Assembly (NCBI GenBank): GCA_964016885.1
Contig: OZ024743.1
Location: 136,276,001-136,340,000 of the forward strand
DNA from: Eledone cirrhosa
Taxonomy: Eukaryota
Reading direction: 5' to 3'
DNA: 64,000 bases
Shown here: one piece after another, positions 36,201-49,800 of the stretch
Layout: every line of letters starts with the position of its first letter
Numbering within the stretch: position 1 is the stretch's first letter
Notes under the pieces: model-generated
What the model saw: only the letters and a program-made list of their open reading frames with translations
Database searches by the model: none
What the model was told of the DNA's origin: nothing
Made by a program: the position numbers and the translations under genes

Positions 36201-39200
36201 TGCCTGGTGCTGGGTGCTTCGTGCTTGGTGATTAGTCTTTGGTGCTTGGTGCTTGGTGTTTTGTGTTTCGTGCTTGGTGTCTAGTGTTTGGGTTTTGGTG
36301 TTTGGTGTTTGGTGCTTAGTGTTTGGTGTCTGGTGCTTGGTGCTTGGTGTTTGGTGTTTGGTGCTTGGTGTTTGGGGCTTGGTGCTTTGTGCTTGGTGTT
36401 TGGGGCTGGGTGTATGGTGTTTGGTGCTTGGTGCTTGGTGCTTGGTGTTTGGTGTTTGGTGCTTGGTACTTGGTGTTTGGTGTTTGATGCTTGGTGTTTG
36501 ATGCTTGTTGCTTGGTGCTTGCTGTTTTGTGTTTGGTGTTTGGTGCTTGGTGTATGTACTTGGTGCTTGGTGCTTGGTGTCTGGTGCTTGGTTCTTGGTG
36601 TTTGGTGCTTGGTGCTTGGTGTTTGGTGCTTGGTGTTTGGTGTTTGGTGCTTGGTGTTTGGTACTTGGTGCTTGGTGCTTGGTGTTAAGTGTTTGGTGCT
36701 TGGTGTTTGGTGTTTGGTGCTTGGTGCTTGGTGCTTGGTGTTTGGTGCATGGTGCTTGGTGTTTGGGGCTTGGTGCCTGGTGCTTTGTGTTTGGTGCTTG
36801 GTGTTCGGTGCTTGGTGCTTGGTGCTTGGTACTTGGTGTTAGGTTTTTGGTGCTTGGGGCTTGGTGTTTGATGTTTGGTCCTTGGTGCTTGGTGTTTGGT
36901 GTTTGGTGCTTGGTGCTCGGTGTTTCGTGTTTGGTGCTTGCTGCTTGCCGCTTGGTGTTTGGTGCTTGGTGATTGGTTCTTGGTGTTTGGTGCTTGGTGG
37001 TTGGTGCTTGGTGTTTTGTGTTTGGTGCTAGGCGTTTGGTGCTTGGTGTTTGGTGCTTGGTGCTTGGTGTTTGCTGTTTGGTGCTTGGGGCTTGGGGCTT
37101 GGTGTTTGGTGCTTGCTGCCTGGTGTTTGGTGCTTGGTGCTTGGTGCTTGGTGTTTGGTGTTTGGTGTTTGGTGCTTGGTGTTTGGTGCTTGGTGCTTGG
37201 TGCTGGGTGGTTGATGTTTGGTGCTTGGTGCTTGGTGTTTGGTGCTTGGTGCTTGGTGCTTATTGTTTGGTGTTTGGTGCTTGGTGCTTGGTGTTTGGTG
37301 CTTGGTGCTTGGTGCTTGGTGTTTGGTGCTTGGTGCTTGGTGTTTGGTGCTTGGTGCTTGGTGTTTGGTGCTTGGTGTTTGGTGCTTGGTGCTTGGTGCT
37401 TGGTGCTTGGTGTTAGGTGTTTGGTGCTTGGTGCTTGGTGTTTGATGTTTGGTCCTTGGTGCTTGGTGCTTGGTGTTTGGTGCTTGGTGTTTGGTGTTTG
37501 GTGCTTGGTGTTTGGTACTTGGTGCTTGGTGCTTGGTGTTAAGTGTTTGGTGCTTGGTGCTTGGTGTTTGGTGCTTCGTGCTTGGTGCTTGGTGTTTGGT
37601 GCATGGTGCTTGGTGTTTGGGGCTTGGTGCCTGGTGCTTTGTGTTTGGTGCTAGGTGCTTGGTGCTTGGTCTTTGGTGTTTGGTGCTTGGTGCTTGGTGC
37701 TTGGTGTTTGGTGCTTGGTGCTTGGTGCTTGGTTATTAGTGTTTGGTGCTTGGTGCTTGGGGTTTGGTGTTTGGTGCTTGGTGCTTGGTGTTTGGTGTTT
37801 GCTGTATGGTGTTTGCTGTTTCGTGTTTGGTGTTTGCTGTTTGGTGTTTAATGCTTGGTGCTTGGTGCTTGGTGTTTGGTGCTTGGTGCTTGGTGCTTGG
37901 TGTTTGGCGTTTGCTCTTTGCTGTTTGGTGTTTGGTGTTTGGTGTTTGGTGCTTGCTGCTTGGTGTTTGGTGTTTGGTGGTTGCTGCTTGGTGCTTGGTG
38001 CTTGGTGTTTGGTGTTTGGTGTTTGGTGCTTGGTGTTTGGTGCTTGGTGCTTGGTGCTGGGTGTTTGGTGCTTGGTGCTTGGTGCTTGGTGCTTGATGCT
38101 TGGTGCTTGGTGTTTGGTCATTGGTGCTTGGTGCTTGGTCTTTGGTGCTTGGGGTTTGGTGTTTGGTGCTTGGTGCTTAGTGTTTGGTGCTTGGTGCTTG
38201 GTGCTTGGTGTTTGGTGTTTGGTGCTTTCTGCTTGGTGTATGGTGTTTGGTGCTTGGTGCTTGGTGATTAGTGTTTGGTGCATGGTGCTTGGTGTTTGTT
38301 GTTTGGTGCTTGGTGCTTGGTGTTTGGTGCTTGGTGCTTGCTGTTTGGTGTTTGGTGTTTGGTGCTTGGTGCTTGGTGTTTGGTGTTTGGTGTTTGGTGT
38401 TTGGTGTTTGGTGCTTGGTGCTTGGTGTTTGGTGCTTGGTGTTTGGTGCTTGGTGTATGTACTTGGTGCATGGTGCTTGGTGTTTGGTGCTTGGTTCTTG
38501 GTGTTTGGTGCTTGGTGCTTGGTGCTTGGTGTTTGGTGCTTGGTGCTTGGTGTTTGGTACTTGGTGCTTGGTGCTTGGTGTTTGGTCATTGGTGCTTGGT
38601 GCTTGGTCTTTGGTGCTTGGGGTTTGGTGTTTGGTGCTTGGTGCTTAGTGTTTGGTGCTTGGTGCTTGGGGCTTGGTGTTAAGTGTTTGGTGCTTGGTGC
38701 TTGGTGTTTGGTGCTTCGTGCTTGGTGCTTGGTGTTTGGTGCATGGTGCTTGATGTTTGGGGCTTGGTGCCTGGTGCTTGGTGTTTGGTGCTTGGTGTTT
38801 GGTGCTTGGTGTTCGGTGCTTGGTGCTTGGTGCTTGGTACTTGGTGTATGTACTTGGTGCTTGGTGCTTGGTGTTTGGTGCTTGGTTCTTGGTGTTTGGT
38901 GCTTCGTGCTTGGTGCTTGGTGTTTGGTGCTTGGTGCTTGGTGTTTGGTGCTTGGTTCTTGGTGTTTGGTGCTTCGTGCTTGGTGCTTGGTGTTTGGTGC
39001 TTGGTGCTTGGTGTTTGGTGCTTGGTGTTTGGTGTTTGGTGCTTGGTGTTTGGTACTTGGTGCTTGGTGCTTGGTGTTAAGTGTTTGGTGCTTGGTGCTT
39101 GGTGTTTGGTGCTTCGTGCTTGGTGCTTGGTGTTTGGTGCATGGTGCTTGGTGTTTGAGGCTTGGTGCCTGGTGCTTTGTGTTTGGTGCTAGGTGCTTGG

Positions 39201-42200
39201 TGCTTGGTCTTTGGTGTTTGGTTCTTGGTGCTTGGTGCTTGGTGTTTGGTGCTTGGTGCTTGGTGCTTGGTTATTAGTGTTTGGTGCTTGGTGCTTGGGG
39301 TTTGGTGTTTGGGGCTTGGTGCTTGGTGTTTGGTGTTTGCTGTATGGTGTTTGCTGTTTCGTGTTTGGTGTTTGCTGTTTGGTGTTTAATGCTTGGTGCT
39401 TGGTTCTTGGTGTTTGGTGCTTGGTGCTTGGTGCTTGGTGCTTGGTGTTTGGTGTTTGGTGCTTGCTGTTTGGTGCTTGGTGCTTGGTGTTTGGTCTTTG
39501 GTGTTTGGTTCTTGGTGCTTGGTGTTTGGTGCTTCGTGCTTGGTGCTGGGTGTTTGGTGCTTGGTGCTTGGTGTTTGGTGCTTGGTGCTTGGTGTTTGGT
39601 ACTTGGTGCTTGGTGTTTGGTGTTTGGTGCTTGCTGTTTGGTGTTTGGTGCTTGCTGTTTGGTGTTTGGTGTTTGGTGTTTGGTGTTTGGTGCTTGCTGT
39701 TTGGTGCTTGGTGTTTGGTGCTTGGTGTATGTACTTGGTGCTTGGTGCTTGGTGTTTGGTGCTTGGTTCTTGGTGTTTGGTGCTTGGTGCTTGGTGCTTG
39801 GTGTTTGGTGCTTGGTGCTTGGTGTTTGGTACTTGGTGCTTGGTGTTTGGTGTTTGGTGCTTCGTGCTTGGTGCTTGGTGTTTGGGGCTTGGTGCCTGGT
39901 GCTTGGTGTTTGGTGCTTGGTGCTTGGTGCTTGGTGTTTGGTGTTTGGTGCTTGGTGCTTGGTGTTTGGTGCTTGGTGTTTGGTGCTTGGTGCTTGGTGT
40001 TTGGTGCTTGGTTCTTGGTGTTTCGTGCTTGGTGCTTGGTGTTTGGTGCTTGGTGTTAAGTGTTTGGTGCTTGGTGCTTGGTGCTTGGTGCTTGGTGTTA
40101 GGTGTTTGGTGCTTGGTGCTTGGTGTTTGATGTTTGGTCCTTGGTGCTTGGCGCTTGGTGTCTGGTGTTTGGTGCTTGGTGTTTGGATTTTGGTGCTTGG
40201 TGCTTGGTGCCTGGTGTTTCGTGCTTGGTGCTTGGTGCTTGGTGTTTGGTGTTTGGTGCTTGGTGTTTGGTGTTTGGTATTTGGTGCTTGGTGCTTGGTG
40301 CTTGGTGTTTGGTGCTTGGTGCTTGGTGCTTGGTGTTTGATGCTGCGTGCTTGGTGTTTGGTGTTTGGTGCTTGGTGCTTGGTGTTTGGTGTTTGGAGCT
40401 TGGTGCCTGGTGCTCGTTGTTTGGTGCCTGGTGCTTGTTGTTTGGTGTTTGGTGCTTGGTGCTTGGTGTTTGGTGCTTGGTGCTTGGTGCTTGGTGTTTG
40501 GTGCTTGGTGCTTGGTGTTTGGTGCTTGGTGCTTGGTGTTTGGTGCTTGGTGTTTGGTGCTTGGTGCTTGGTGCTTGGTGCTTGGTGTTAGGTGTTTGGT
40601 GCTTGGTGCTTGGTGTTTGATGTTTGGTCCTTGGTGCTTGGTGTTTGGTGTTTGGTGCTTGGTGCTTGGTGTTTGGTGTTTGGTGCTTGCTGCTTGGTGC
40701 TTGGTGCTTGGTGTTTGGTGCTTCGGTCTTGGTTCTTGGTGTTTGGTGCTTGGTGCTTGGTGTTTGGTGCTTGGTGCCTGGTGCTTGGTGTTTGGTGCTT
40801 GGTGCTTGGTGTTTGGTGCTTGGTGCTTGGTGCTTATTGTTTGGTGCTTGGTGCTTGGTGCTTGGTGCTTAGTCTTTGGTGCTTGGTGTTTGGTGTTTGG
40901 TGTTTGTGCTTGGTGCTTGGTGCTTGGTGTTTGGTGCTAGGTGCTTGACGCAGTGTGTTTGGTGCTTGGTGTTTGGTGCTTGGTGATTAGTGTTTGGTGC
41001 TTGGTGCTTGGGGTTTGGTGTTTGGTGTTTGCTGTTTGGTGTTTGCGGTTTGGTGTCTGCTTTTTGGTGTTTGGTGTTTGCTGTATGGTGTTTGCTGTTT
41101 TGTGTTTCGCGTTTGCTGTTTGGTGTTTGGTGCTTGGTGCTTGGTGCTTGGTATTTGGTGCTTGGTGCTTGGTGCTTGGTGTTTGGCGTTTGCTGTTTGC
41201 TGTTTGCTGTTTGGTGTTTGCTGTTTGGTGTTTGCTGTTTGGTGTTTGGTGCTTGGTGCTTGGTGGCTGGTGTTTGGTGCTTGGTGTTTGGATTTTGGTG
41301 CTTGGTGCTTGGTGCCTGCTGTTTCGTGCTTGGTGCTTGGTGCTTGGTGTTTGGTGTTTGTTGCTTGGTGTTTGGTGTTTGGTATTTGGTGCTCGGTGCT
41401 TGGTGCTTGGTGTTTGGTGCTTGGTGCTTGGTGCTTGGTGTTTGATGCTGCGTGCTTGGTGTTTGGTGTTTGGTGCTTGGTGCTTGGTGTTTGGTGTTTG
41501 GAGCTTGGTGCCTGGTGCTTGTTGTTTGGTGCCTGGTGCTTGTTGTTTGGTGTTTGGTGCTTGGTGCTTGGTGTTTGGTGCTTGGTGCTTGGTGCTTGGT
41601 GTTTGGTGCTTGGTGCTTGGTGTTTGGTGCTTGGTGCTTGGTGTTTGGTGCTTGGTGTTTGGTGCTTGGTGCTTGGTGCTTGGTGCTTGGTGTTAGGTGT
41701 TTGGTGCTTGGTGCTTGGTGTTTGATGTTTGGTCCTTGGTGCTTGGTGTTTGGTGTTTGGTGCTTGGTGCTTGGTGTTTGGTGTTTGGTGCTTGCTACTT
41801 GGTGCTTGGTGCTTGGTGTTTGGTGCTTCGGTCTTGGTGCTTGGTGTTTGGTGCTTGGTGCTTGGTGTTTGGTGCTTGGTGCCTGGTGTTTGGTGCTTGG
41901 TGCTTGGTGCTTGGTGTTAGGTGTTTGGTGCTTGGTGCTTGGTGTTCGATGTTTGATCCTTGGTGCTTGGTGTTTGGTGTTTGGTGCTTGGTGCTTGGTG
42001 TTTGGTGTTTGGTGCTTGGTGCTTGGTGTTTGGTGCTTGCTGCTTGCTGCTTGGGTTTTGGTGCTTGGTGATTGGTGCTTGGTGTTTTGTGCTTGGTGCT
42101 TGGTGTTTGGTGTTTGGTGTTTGGTGCTTGGTGCTTGGTGCTTGGTGTTTGGTGCTTGGTGATTGGTGCTTGGTGTTTGGTGCTGCGTGCTTGGTGTTTG

Positions 42201-45200
42201 GTGTCTGGAGTTTGGTGCTTGGTGCTTGGTGCCTGGTGTTTCGTGCTTGGTGCTTGGTGTTTGGTGCTTGGTGCTTGGTGTTTGGTGTTTGGTACTTGGT
42301 GTTTGGTGCTTGGTGCCTGGTGCTTGGTGTTTGGTGCTTGGTGCCTGGTGTTTGGTGATTGGTGCTTGGTGTTTGGTGATTGGTGCTTGATGCTTGGTGC
42401 TTGGTGTTAGGTGTTTGGTGCTTGGTGCTTGGTGTTTGATGTTTGGTCCTTGGTGCTTGGTGTTTGGTGTTTGGTGCTTGGTGCTTGGTGTTTGGTGTTT
42501 GGTGCTTGCTGCTTGCTGCTTGGTGTTTGGTGCTTGGTGATTGGTGCTTGGTGTTTTGTGCTTGGTGCTTGGTGTTTGGTGTTTGGTGCTAGGGGCTTAG
42601 TGCTTGGTGGTTGGTGTTTGGTGCTTGGTGCTTGCTGTTTGGTGTTTGGTGCTTGGTGCGTGGGACTTAGTGTTTGGTGTTTGGTGCTTGGTGTTTGGTG
42701 CTTGGTGTTTGGGGCTTGGTGTTCGGTGCTTGGTGCTTGGTGCTTGGGGCTTGGTGTTTGTTGTTTGGTGCTTGGTGCTTGGTCTTTGGTGCTTGGTGTT
42801 TGGTGTTTGGTGCTTGGTGCTTGGTGTTTGGTGCTTGGTGCCTGGTCTTTAGTGTTTGGTGCTTGGTGCTTGGTGTTTGGTGATTGGTGCTTGGTGTTTG
42901 GTGTTTGGTGTTTGATGCTTGGTTTTTGCTGCTTGGTGCTTGGTGCTTGGTGCTTGGTGTTCTGTGTTTGGTGCTTGGTGCTTGGTGCCTGGTGCTGGGT
43001 GCTTCGTGCTTGGTGATTAGTCTTTGGTGCTTGGTGCTTGGTGTTTTGTGTTTCGTGCTTGGTGTCTAGTGTTTGGGTTTTGGTGTTTGGTGCTTGGTGC
43101 TTAGTGTTTGGTGTCTGGTGCTTGGTGCTTGGTGTTTGGTGTTTGGTGCTTGGTGTTTGGGGCTTGGTGCTTTGTGCTTGGTGTTTGGGGCTGGGTGTAT
43201 GGTGTTTGGTGCTTGGTGCTTGGTGCTTGGTGTTTGGTGTTTGGTGCTTGGTACTTGGTGTTTGGTGTTTGATGCTTGGTGTTTGATGCTTGTTGCTTGG
43301 TGCTTGCTGTTTTGTGTTTGGTGTTTGGTGCTTGGTGTATGTACTTGGTGCTTGGTGCTTGGTGTCTGGTGCTTGGTTCTTGGTGTTTGGTGCTTGGTGC
43401 TTGGTGTTTGGTGCTTGGTGTTTGGTGTTTGGTGCTTGGTGTTTGGTACTTGGTGCTTGGTGCTTGGTGTTAAGTGTTTGGTGCTTGGTGTTTGGTGTTT
43501 GGTGCTTGGTGCTTGGTGCTTGGTGTTTGGTGCATGGTGCTTGGTGTTTGGGGCTTGGTGCCTGGTGCTTTGTGTTTGGTGCTTGGTGTTCGGTGCTTGG
43601 TGCTTGGTGCTTGGTACTTGGTGTTAGGTTTTTGGTGCTTGGGGCTTGGTGTTTGATGTTTGGTCCTTGGTGCTTGGTGTTTGGTGTTTGGTGCTTGGTG
43701 CTCGGTGTTTCGTGTTTGGTGCTTGCTGCTTGCCGCTTGGTGTTTGGTGCTTGGTGATTGGTTCTTGGTGTTTGGTGCTTGGTGGTTGGTGCTTGGTGTT
43801 TGGTGTTTGGTGCTAGGCGTTTGGTGCTTGGTGTTTGGTGCTTGGTGCTTGGTGTTTGCTGTTTGGTGCTTGGGGCTTGGGGCTTGGTGTTTGGTGCTTG
43901 CTGCCTGGTGTTTGGTGCTTGGTGCTTGGTGCTTGGTGTTTGGTGTTTGGTGTTTGGTGCTTGGTGTTTGGTGCTTGGTGCTTGGTGCTGGGTGGTTGAT
44001 GTTTGGTGCTTGGTGCTTGGTGTTTGGTGCTTGGTGCTTGGTGCTTATTGTTTGGTGTTTGGTGCTTGGTGCTTGGTGTTTGGTGCTTGGTGCTTGGTGC
44101 TTGGTGTTTGGTGCTTGGTGCTTGGTGTTTGGTGCTTGGTGCTTGGTGTTTGGTGCTTGGTGTTTGGTGCTTGGTGCTTGGTGCTTGGTGCTTGGTGTTA
44201 GGTGTTTGGTGCTTGGTGCTTGGTGTTTGATGTTTGGTCCTTGGTGCTTGGTGCTTGGTGTTTGGTGCTTGGTGTTTGGTGTTTGGTGCTTGGTGTTTGG
44301 TACTTGGTGCTTGGTGCTTGGTGTTAAGTGTTTGGTGCTTGGTGCTTGGTGTTTGGTGCTTCGTGCTTGGTGCTTGGTGTTTGGTGCATGGTGCTTGGTG
44401 TTTGGGGCTTGGTGCCTGGTGCTTTGTGTTTGGTGCTAGGTGCTTGGTGCTTGGTCTTTGGTGTTTGGTGCTTGGTGCTTGGTGCTTGGTGTTTGGTGCT
44501 TGGTGCTTGGTGCTTGGTTATTAGTGTTTGGTGCTTGGTGCTTGGGGTTTGGTGTTTGGTGCTTGGTGCTTGGTGTTTGGTGTTTGCTGTATGGTGTTTG
44601 CTGTTTCGTGTTTGGTGTTTGCTGTTTGGTGTTTAATGCTTGGTGCTTGGTGCTTGGTGTTTGGTGCTTGGTGCTTGGTGCTTGGTGTTTGGCGTTTGCT
44701 CTTTGCTGTTTGGTGTTTGGTGTTTGGTGTTTGGTGCTTGCTGCTTGGTGTTTGGTGTTTGGTGGTTGCTGCTTGGTGCTTGGTGCTTGGTGTTTGGTGT
44801 TTGGTGTTTGGTGCTTGGTGTTTGGTGCTTGGTGCTTGGTGCTGGGTGTTTGGTGCTTGGTGCTTGGTGCTTGGTGCTTGATGCTTGGTGCTTGGTGTTT
44901 GGTCATTGGTGCTTGGTGCTTGGTCTTTGGTGCTTGGGGTTTGGTGTTTGGTGCTTGGTGCTTAGTGTTTGGTGCTTGGTGCTTGGTGCTTGGTGTTTGG
45001 TGTTTGGTGCTTTCTGCTTGGTGTATGGTGTTTGGTGCTTGGTGCTTGGTGATTAGTGTTTGGTGCATGGTGCTTGGTGTTTGTTGTTTGGTGCTTGGTG
45101 CTTGGTGTTTGGTGCTTGGTGCTTGCTGTTTGGTGTTTGGTGTTTGGTGCTTGGTGCTTGGTGTTTGGTGTTTGGTGTTTGGTGTTTGGTGTTTGGTGCT

Positions 45201-46860
45201 TGGTGCTTGGTGTTTGGTGCTTGGTGTTTGGTGCTTGGTGTATGTACTTGGTGCATGGTGCTTGGTGTTTGGTGCTTGGTTCTTGGTGTTTGGTGCTTGG
45301 TGCTTGGTGCTTGGTGTTTGGTGCTTGGTGCTTGGTGTTTGGTACTTGGTGCTTGGTGCTTGGTGTTTGGTCATTGGTGCTTGGTGCTTGGTCTTTGGTG
45401 CTTGGGGTTTGGTGTTTGGTGCTTGGTGCTTAGTGTTTGGTGCTTGGTGCTTGGGGCTTGGTGTTAAGTGTTTGGTGCTTGGTGCTTGGTGTTTGGTGCT
45501 TCGTGCTTGGTGCTTGGTGTTTGGTGCATGGTGCTTGATGTTTGGGGCTTGGTGCCTGGTGCTTGGTGTTTGGTGCTTGGTGTTTGGTGCTTGGTGTTCG
45601 GTGCTTGGTGCTTGGTGCTTGGTACTTGGTGTATGTACTTGGTGCTTGGTGCTTGGTGTTTGGTGCTTGGTTCTTGGTGTTTGGTGCTTCGTGCTTGGTG
45701 CTTGGTGTTTGGTGCTTGGTGCTTGGTGTTTGGTGCTTGGTTCTTGGTGTTTGGTGCTTCGTGCTTGGTGCTTGGTGTTTGGTGCTTGGTGCTTGGTGTT
45801 TGGTGCTTGGTGTTTGGTGTTTGGTGCTTGGTGTTTGGTACTTGGTGCTTGGTGCTTGGTGTTAAGTGTTTGGTGCTTGGTGCTTGGTGTTTGGTGCTTC
45901 GTGCTTGGTGCTTGGTGTTTGGTGCATGGTGCTTGGTGTTTGAGGCTTGGTGCCTGGTGCTTTGTGTTTGGTGCTAGGTGCTTGGTGCTTGGTCTTTGGT
46001 GTTTGGTTCTTGGTGCTTGGTGCTTGGTGTTTGGTGCTTGGTGCTTGGTGCTTGGTTATTAGTGTTTGGTGCTTGGTGCTTGGGGTTTGGTGTTTGGGGC
46101 TTGGTGCTTGGTGTTTGGTGTTTGCTGTATGGTGTTTGCTGTTTCGTGTTTGGTGTTTGCTGTTTGGTGTTTAATGCTTGGTGCTTGGTTCTTGGTGTTT
46201 GGTGCTTGGTGCTTGGTGCTTGGTGCTTGGTGTTTGGTGTTTGGTGCTTGCTGTTTGGTGCTTGGTGCTTGGTGTTTGGTCTTTGGTGTTTGGTTCTTGG
46301 TGCTTGGTGTTTGGTGCTTCGTGCTTGGTGCTGGGTGTTTGGTGCTTGGTGCTTGGTGTTTGGTGCTTGGTGCTTGGTGTTTGGTACTTGGTGCTTGGTG
46401 TTTGGTGTTTGGTGCTTGCTGTTTGGTGTTTGGTGCTTGCTGTTTGGTGTTTGGTGTTTGGTGTTTGGTGTTTGGTGCTTGCTGTTTGGTGCTTGGTGTT
46501 TGGTGCTTGGTGTATGTACTTGGTGCTTGGTGCTTGGTGTTTGGTGCTTGGTTCTTGGTGTTTGGTGCTTGGTGCTTGGTGCTTGGTGTTTGGTGCTTGG
46601 TGCTTGGTGTTTGGTACTTGGTGCTTGGTGTTTGGTGTTTGGTGCTTCGTGCTTGGTGCTTGGTGTTTGGGGCTTGGTGCCTGGTGCTTGGTGTTTGGTG
46701 CTTGGTGCTTGGTGCTTGGTGTTTGGTGTTTGGTGCTTGGTGCTTGGTGTTTGGTGCTTGGTGTTTGGTGCTTGGTGCTTGGTGTTTGGTGCTTGGTTCT
46801 TGGTGTTTCGTGCTTGGTGCTTGGTGTTTGGTGCTTGGTGTTAAGTGTTTGGTGCTTGGT
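33240..46860 (+). repeat. Tandem 6.8-kb HOR, two near-identical copies (about 33240-40075 and about 40076-46860); offset 6834 then 6785
   Basis: Copy-specific markers are GACGCAGTGTG (34113/40947), GGTGTTCGATGTTTGATCC (35156/41941) and GGTCATT (38116/44901, 38584/45369). ORF-track pairs are 33268/40102, 35175/41960, 37655/44440 and 39193/45978. Confidence 0.93.
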
Positions 46861-49800
46861 GCTTGGTGTTTGTTGCTTCGTGCTTGGTGCTTGGTGTTTG
46901 GTGCATGGTGCTTGATGTTTGGGGCTTGGTGCCTGGTGCTTGGTGTTTGGTGTTTGGTGCTTGGTGCTTGGTGTTTGGTGCTTGGTGTTTGGTGCTTGGT
47001 GTTCGGTGCTTGGTGCTTGGTGCTTGGTACTTGGTGTTAGGTTTTTGGTGCTTGGGGCTTGGTGTTTCATGTTTGGTCCTTGGTGCTTGGTGTTTGGTGT
47101 TTGGTGCTTGGTGCTTGGTGTTTCGTGTTTGGTGCTTGCTGCTTGCTGCTTGGTGTTTGGTGCTTGGTGATTGGTGCTTGGTGTTTGGTGCTTGGTGATT
47201 GGTGCTTGGTGTTTGGTGTTTGGTGCTAGGTGCTTGGTGCTTGGTGTTTGGTGCTTGGTGCTTGGTGTTTGGTGTTTGGTGCTTGGTGCTTGGGGCTTGG
47301 TGTTTGGTGCTTGCTGCTTGGTGTTTGGTGCTTGCTGCTTGGTGTTTGGTGTTTGGTGTTTGGTGCTTGGTGTTTGGTGCTTGGTGCTTGGTGCTGGGTG
47401 GTTGATGTTTGGTGCTTGGTGCTTGGTGTTTGGTGCTTGGTGCTTGGTGCTTATTGTTTGGTGCTTGGTGCTTGGTGCTTGGTGCTTGGTCTTTGGTGCT
47501 TGGTGTTTGGTGTTTGGTGTTTGGTGTTTGTGCTTGGTGCTTGGTGCTTGGTGTTTGGTGCTAGGTGCTTAACGCTTGGTGTTTGGTGCTTGGTGCTTGG
47601 TGATTAGTGTTTGGTGCTTGGTGCTTGGGGTTTGGTGTTTTGTGTTTGCTGTTTGGTGTATGCGGTTTGGTGTCTGCTTTTTGGTGTTTGGTGTTTGCTG
47701 TATGGTGTTTGCAGTTTTGTGTTTCGTGTTTGTTGTTTGGTGTTTGGTGCTTGGTGCTTGGTGCTTGGTGTTTGGTGCTTGGTGCTTGGTGCTTGGTGTT
47801 TGGCGTTTGCTGTTTGCTGTTTGCTGTTTGGTGTTTGCTGTTTGGTGTTTGCTGTTTGGTGTTTGGTGCTTGGTGCTTGGTGGCTGGTGTTCGGTGCTTG
47901 GTGTTTGGATTTTGGTCCTTGGTGCTTGGTGCCTGGTGTTTCGTGCTTGGTGCTTGGTGCTTGGTGTTTGGTGTTTGGTGCTTGGTGTTTGGTGTTTGGT
48001 ATTTGGTGCTTGGTGCTTGGTGCTTGGTGTTTGGTGTTTGGTGCTTCGTGCTTGGTGCTTGGTGCTTGGTGTTTGGTGCATGGTGCTTGATGTTTGGGGC
48101 TTGGTGCCTGGTGCTTGGTGTTTGGTGCTTGGTGTTTGGTGCTTGGTGTTCGGTGCTTGGTGCTTGGTGCTTGGTACTTGGTGTATGTACTTGGTGCTTG
48201 GTGCTTGGTGCTTGGTGTTTGGTGCTTGGTTCTTGGTGTTTGGTGCTTCGTGCTTGGTGCTTGGTGTTTGGTGCTTGGTGCTTGGTGTTTGGTGCTTGGT
48301 TCTTGGTGTTTGGTGCTTGGTGCTTGGTGCTTGGTGTTTGGTGCTTGGTGCTTGGTGTTTGGTGCTTGGTGTTTGGTGTTTGGTGCTTGGTGTTTGGTAC
48401 TTGGTGCTTGGTGCTTGGTGTTAAGTGTTTGGTGCTTGGTGCTTGGTGTTTGGTGCTTCGTGCTTGGTGCTTGGTGTTTGGTGCATGGTGCTTGGTGTTT
48501 GAGGCTTGGTGCCTGGTGCTTTGTGTTTGGTGCTAGGTGCTTGGTGCTTGGTCTTTGGTGTTTGGTGCTTGGTGCTTGGTGCTTGGTGTTTGGTGCTTGG
48601 TGCTTGGTGCTTGGTTATTAGTGTTTGGTGCTTGGTGCTTGGGGTTTGGTGTTTGGGGCTTGGTGCTTGGTGTTTGGTGTTTGCTGTATGGTGTTTGCTG
48701 TTTCGTGTTTGGTGTTTGCTGTTTGGTGTTTAATGCTTGGTGCTTGGTTCTTGGTGTTTGGTGCTTGGTGCTTGGTGCTTGGTGCTTGGCGTTTGCTCTT
48801 TGCTGTTTGGTGTTTGGTGCTTGCTGTTTGGTGTTTGGTGTTTGGTGTTTGGTGTTTGGTGCTTGCTGTTTGGTGCTTGGTGCTTGGTGTTTGGTCTTTG
48901 GTGTTTGGTTCTTGGTGCTTGGTGTTTGGTGCTTGGTGCTTGGTGCTGGGTGTTTGGTGCTTGGTGCTTGGTGTTTGGTGCTTGGTGCTTGGTGTTTGGT
49001 ACTTGGTGCTTGGTGTTTGGTGTTTGGTGCTTGCTGTTTGGTGTTTGGTGCTTGCTGTTTGGTGTTTGGTGTTTGGTGTTTGGTGTTTGGTGCTTGCTGT
49101 TTGGTGCTTGGTGTTTGGTGCTTGGTGTATGTACTTGGTGCTTGGTGCTTGGTGTTTGGTGCTTGGTTCTTGGTGTTTGGTGCTTAGTGCTTGGTGCTTG
49201 GTGTTTGGTGCTTGGTGCTTGGTGTTTGGTACTTGGTGCTTGGTGTTTGGTGTTTGGTGCTTCGTGCTTGGTGCTTGGTGTTTGGGGCTTGGTGCCTGGT
49301 GCTTGGTGTTTGGTGCTTGGTGCTTGGTGCTTGGTGTTTGGTGTTTGGTGCTTGGTGCTTGGTGTTTGGTGCTTGGTGTTAGGTGCTTGGTGTATGTACT
49401 TGGTGCTTGGTGTTTGGTGTTTGGTGCTTGGTTCTTGGTGTTTGGTGCTTGGTGCTTGGTGCTTGGTGCTTGGTGTTTGGTGCTTGGTGATAAGTGTTTG
49501 GTGCTTGGTGCTTGGTGTTTGGTGCTTCGTGCTTGGTGCTTGGTGTTTGGTGCATGGTGCTTGATGTTTGGGGCTTGGTGCCTGGTGCTTGGTGTTTGGT
49601 GCTTGGTGCTTGGTGCTTGGTGTTTGGTGTTTGGTGCTTGGTGCTTGGTGTTTGGTGCTTGGTGTTTGGTGCTTGGTGTTCGGTGCTTGGTGCTTGGTGC
49701 TTGGTACTTGGTGTTAGGTTTTTGGTGCTTGGGGCTTGGTGTTTCATGTTTGGTCCTTGGTGCTTGGTGTTTGGTGTTTGGTGCTTGGTGCTTGGTGTTT

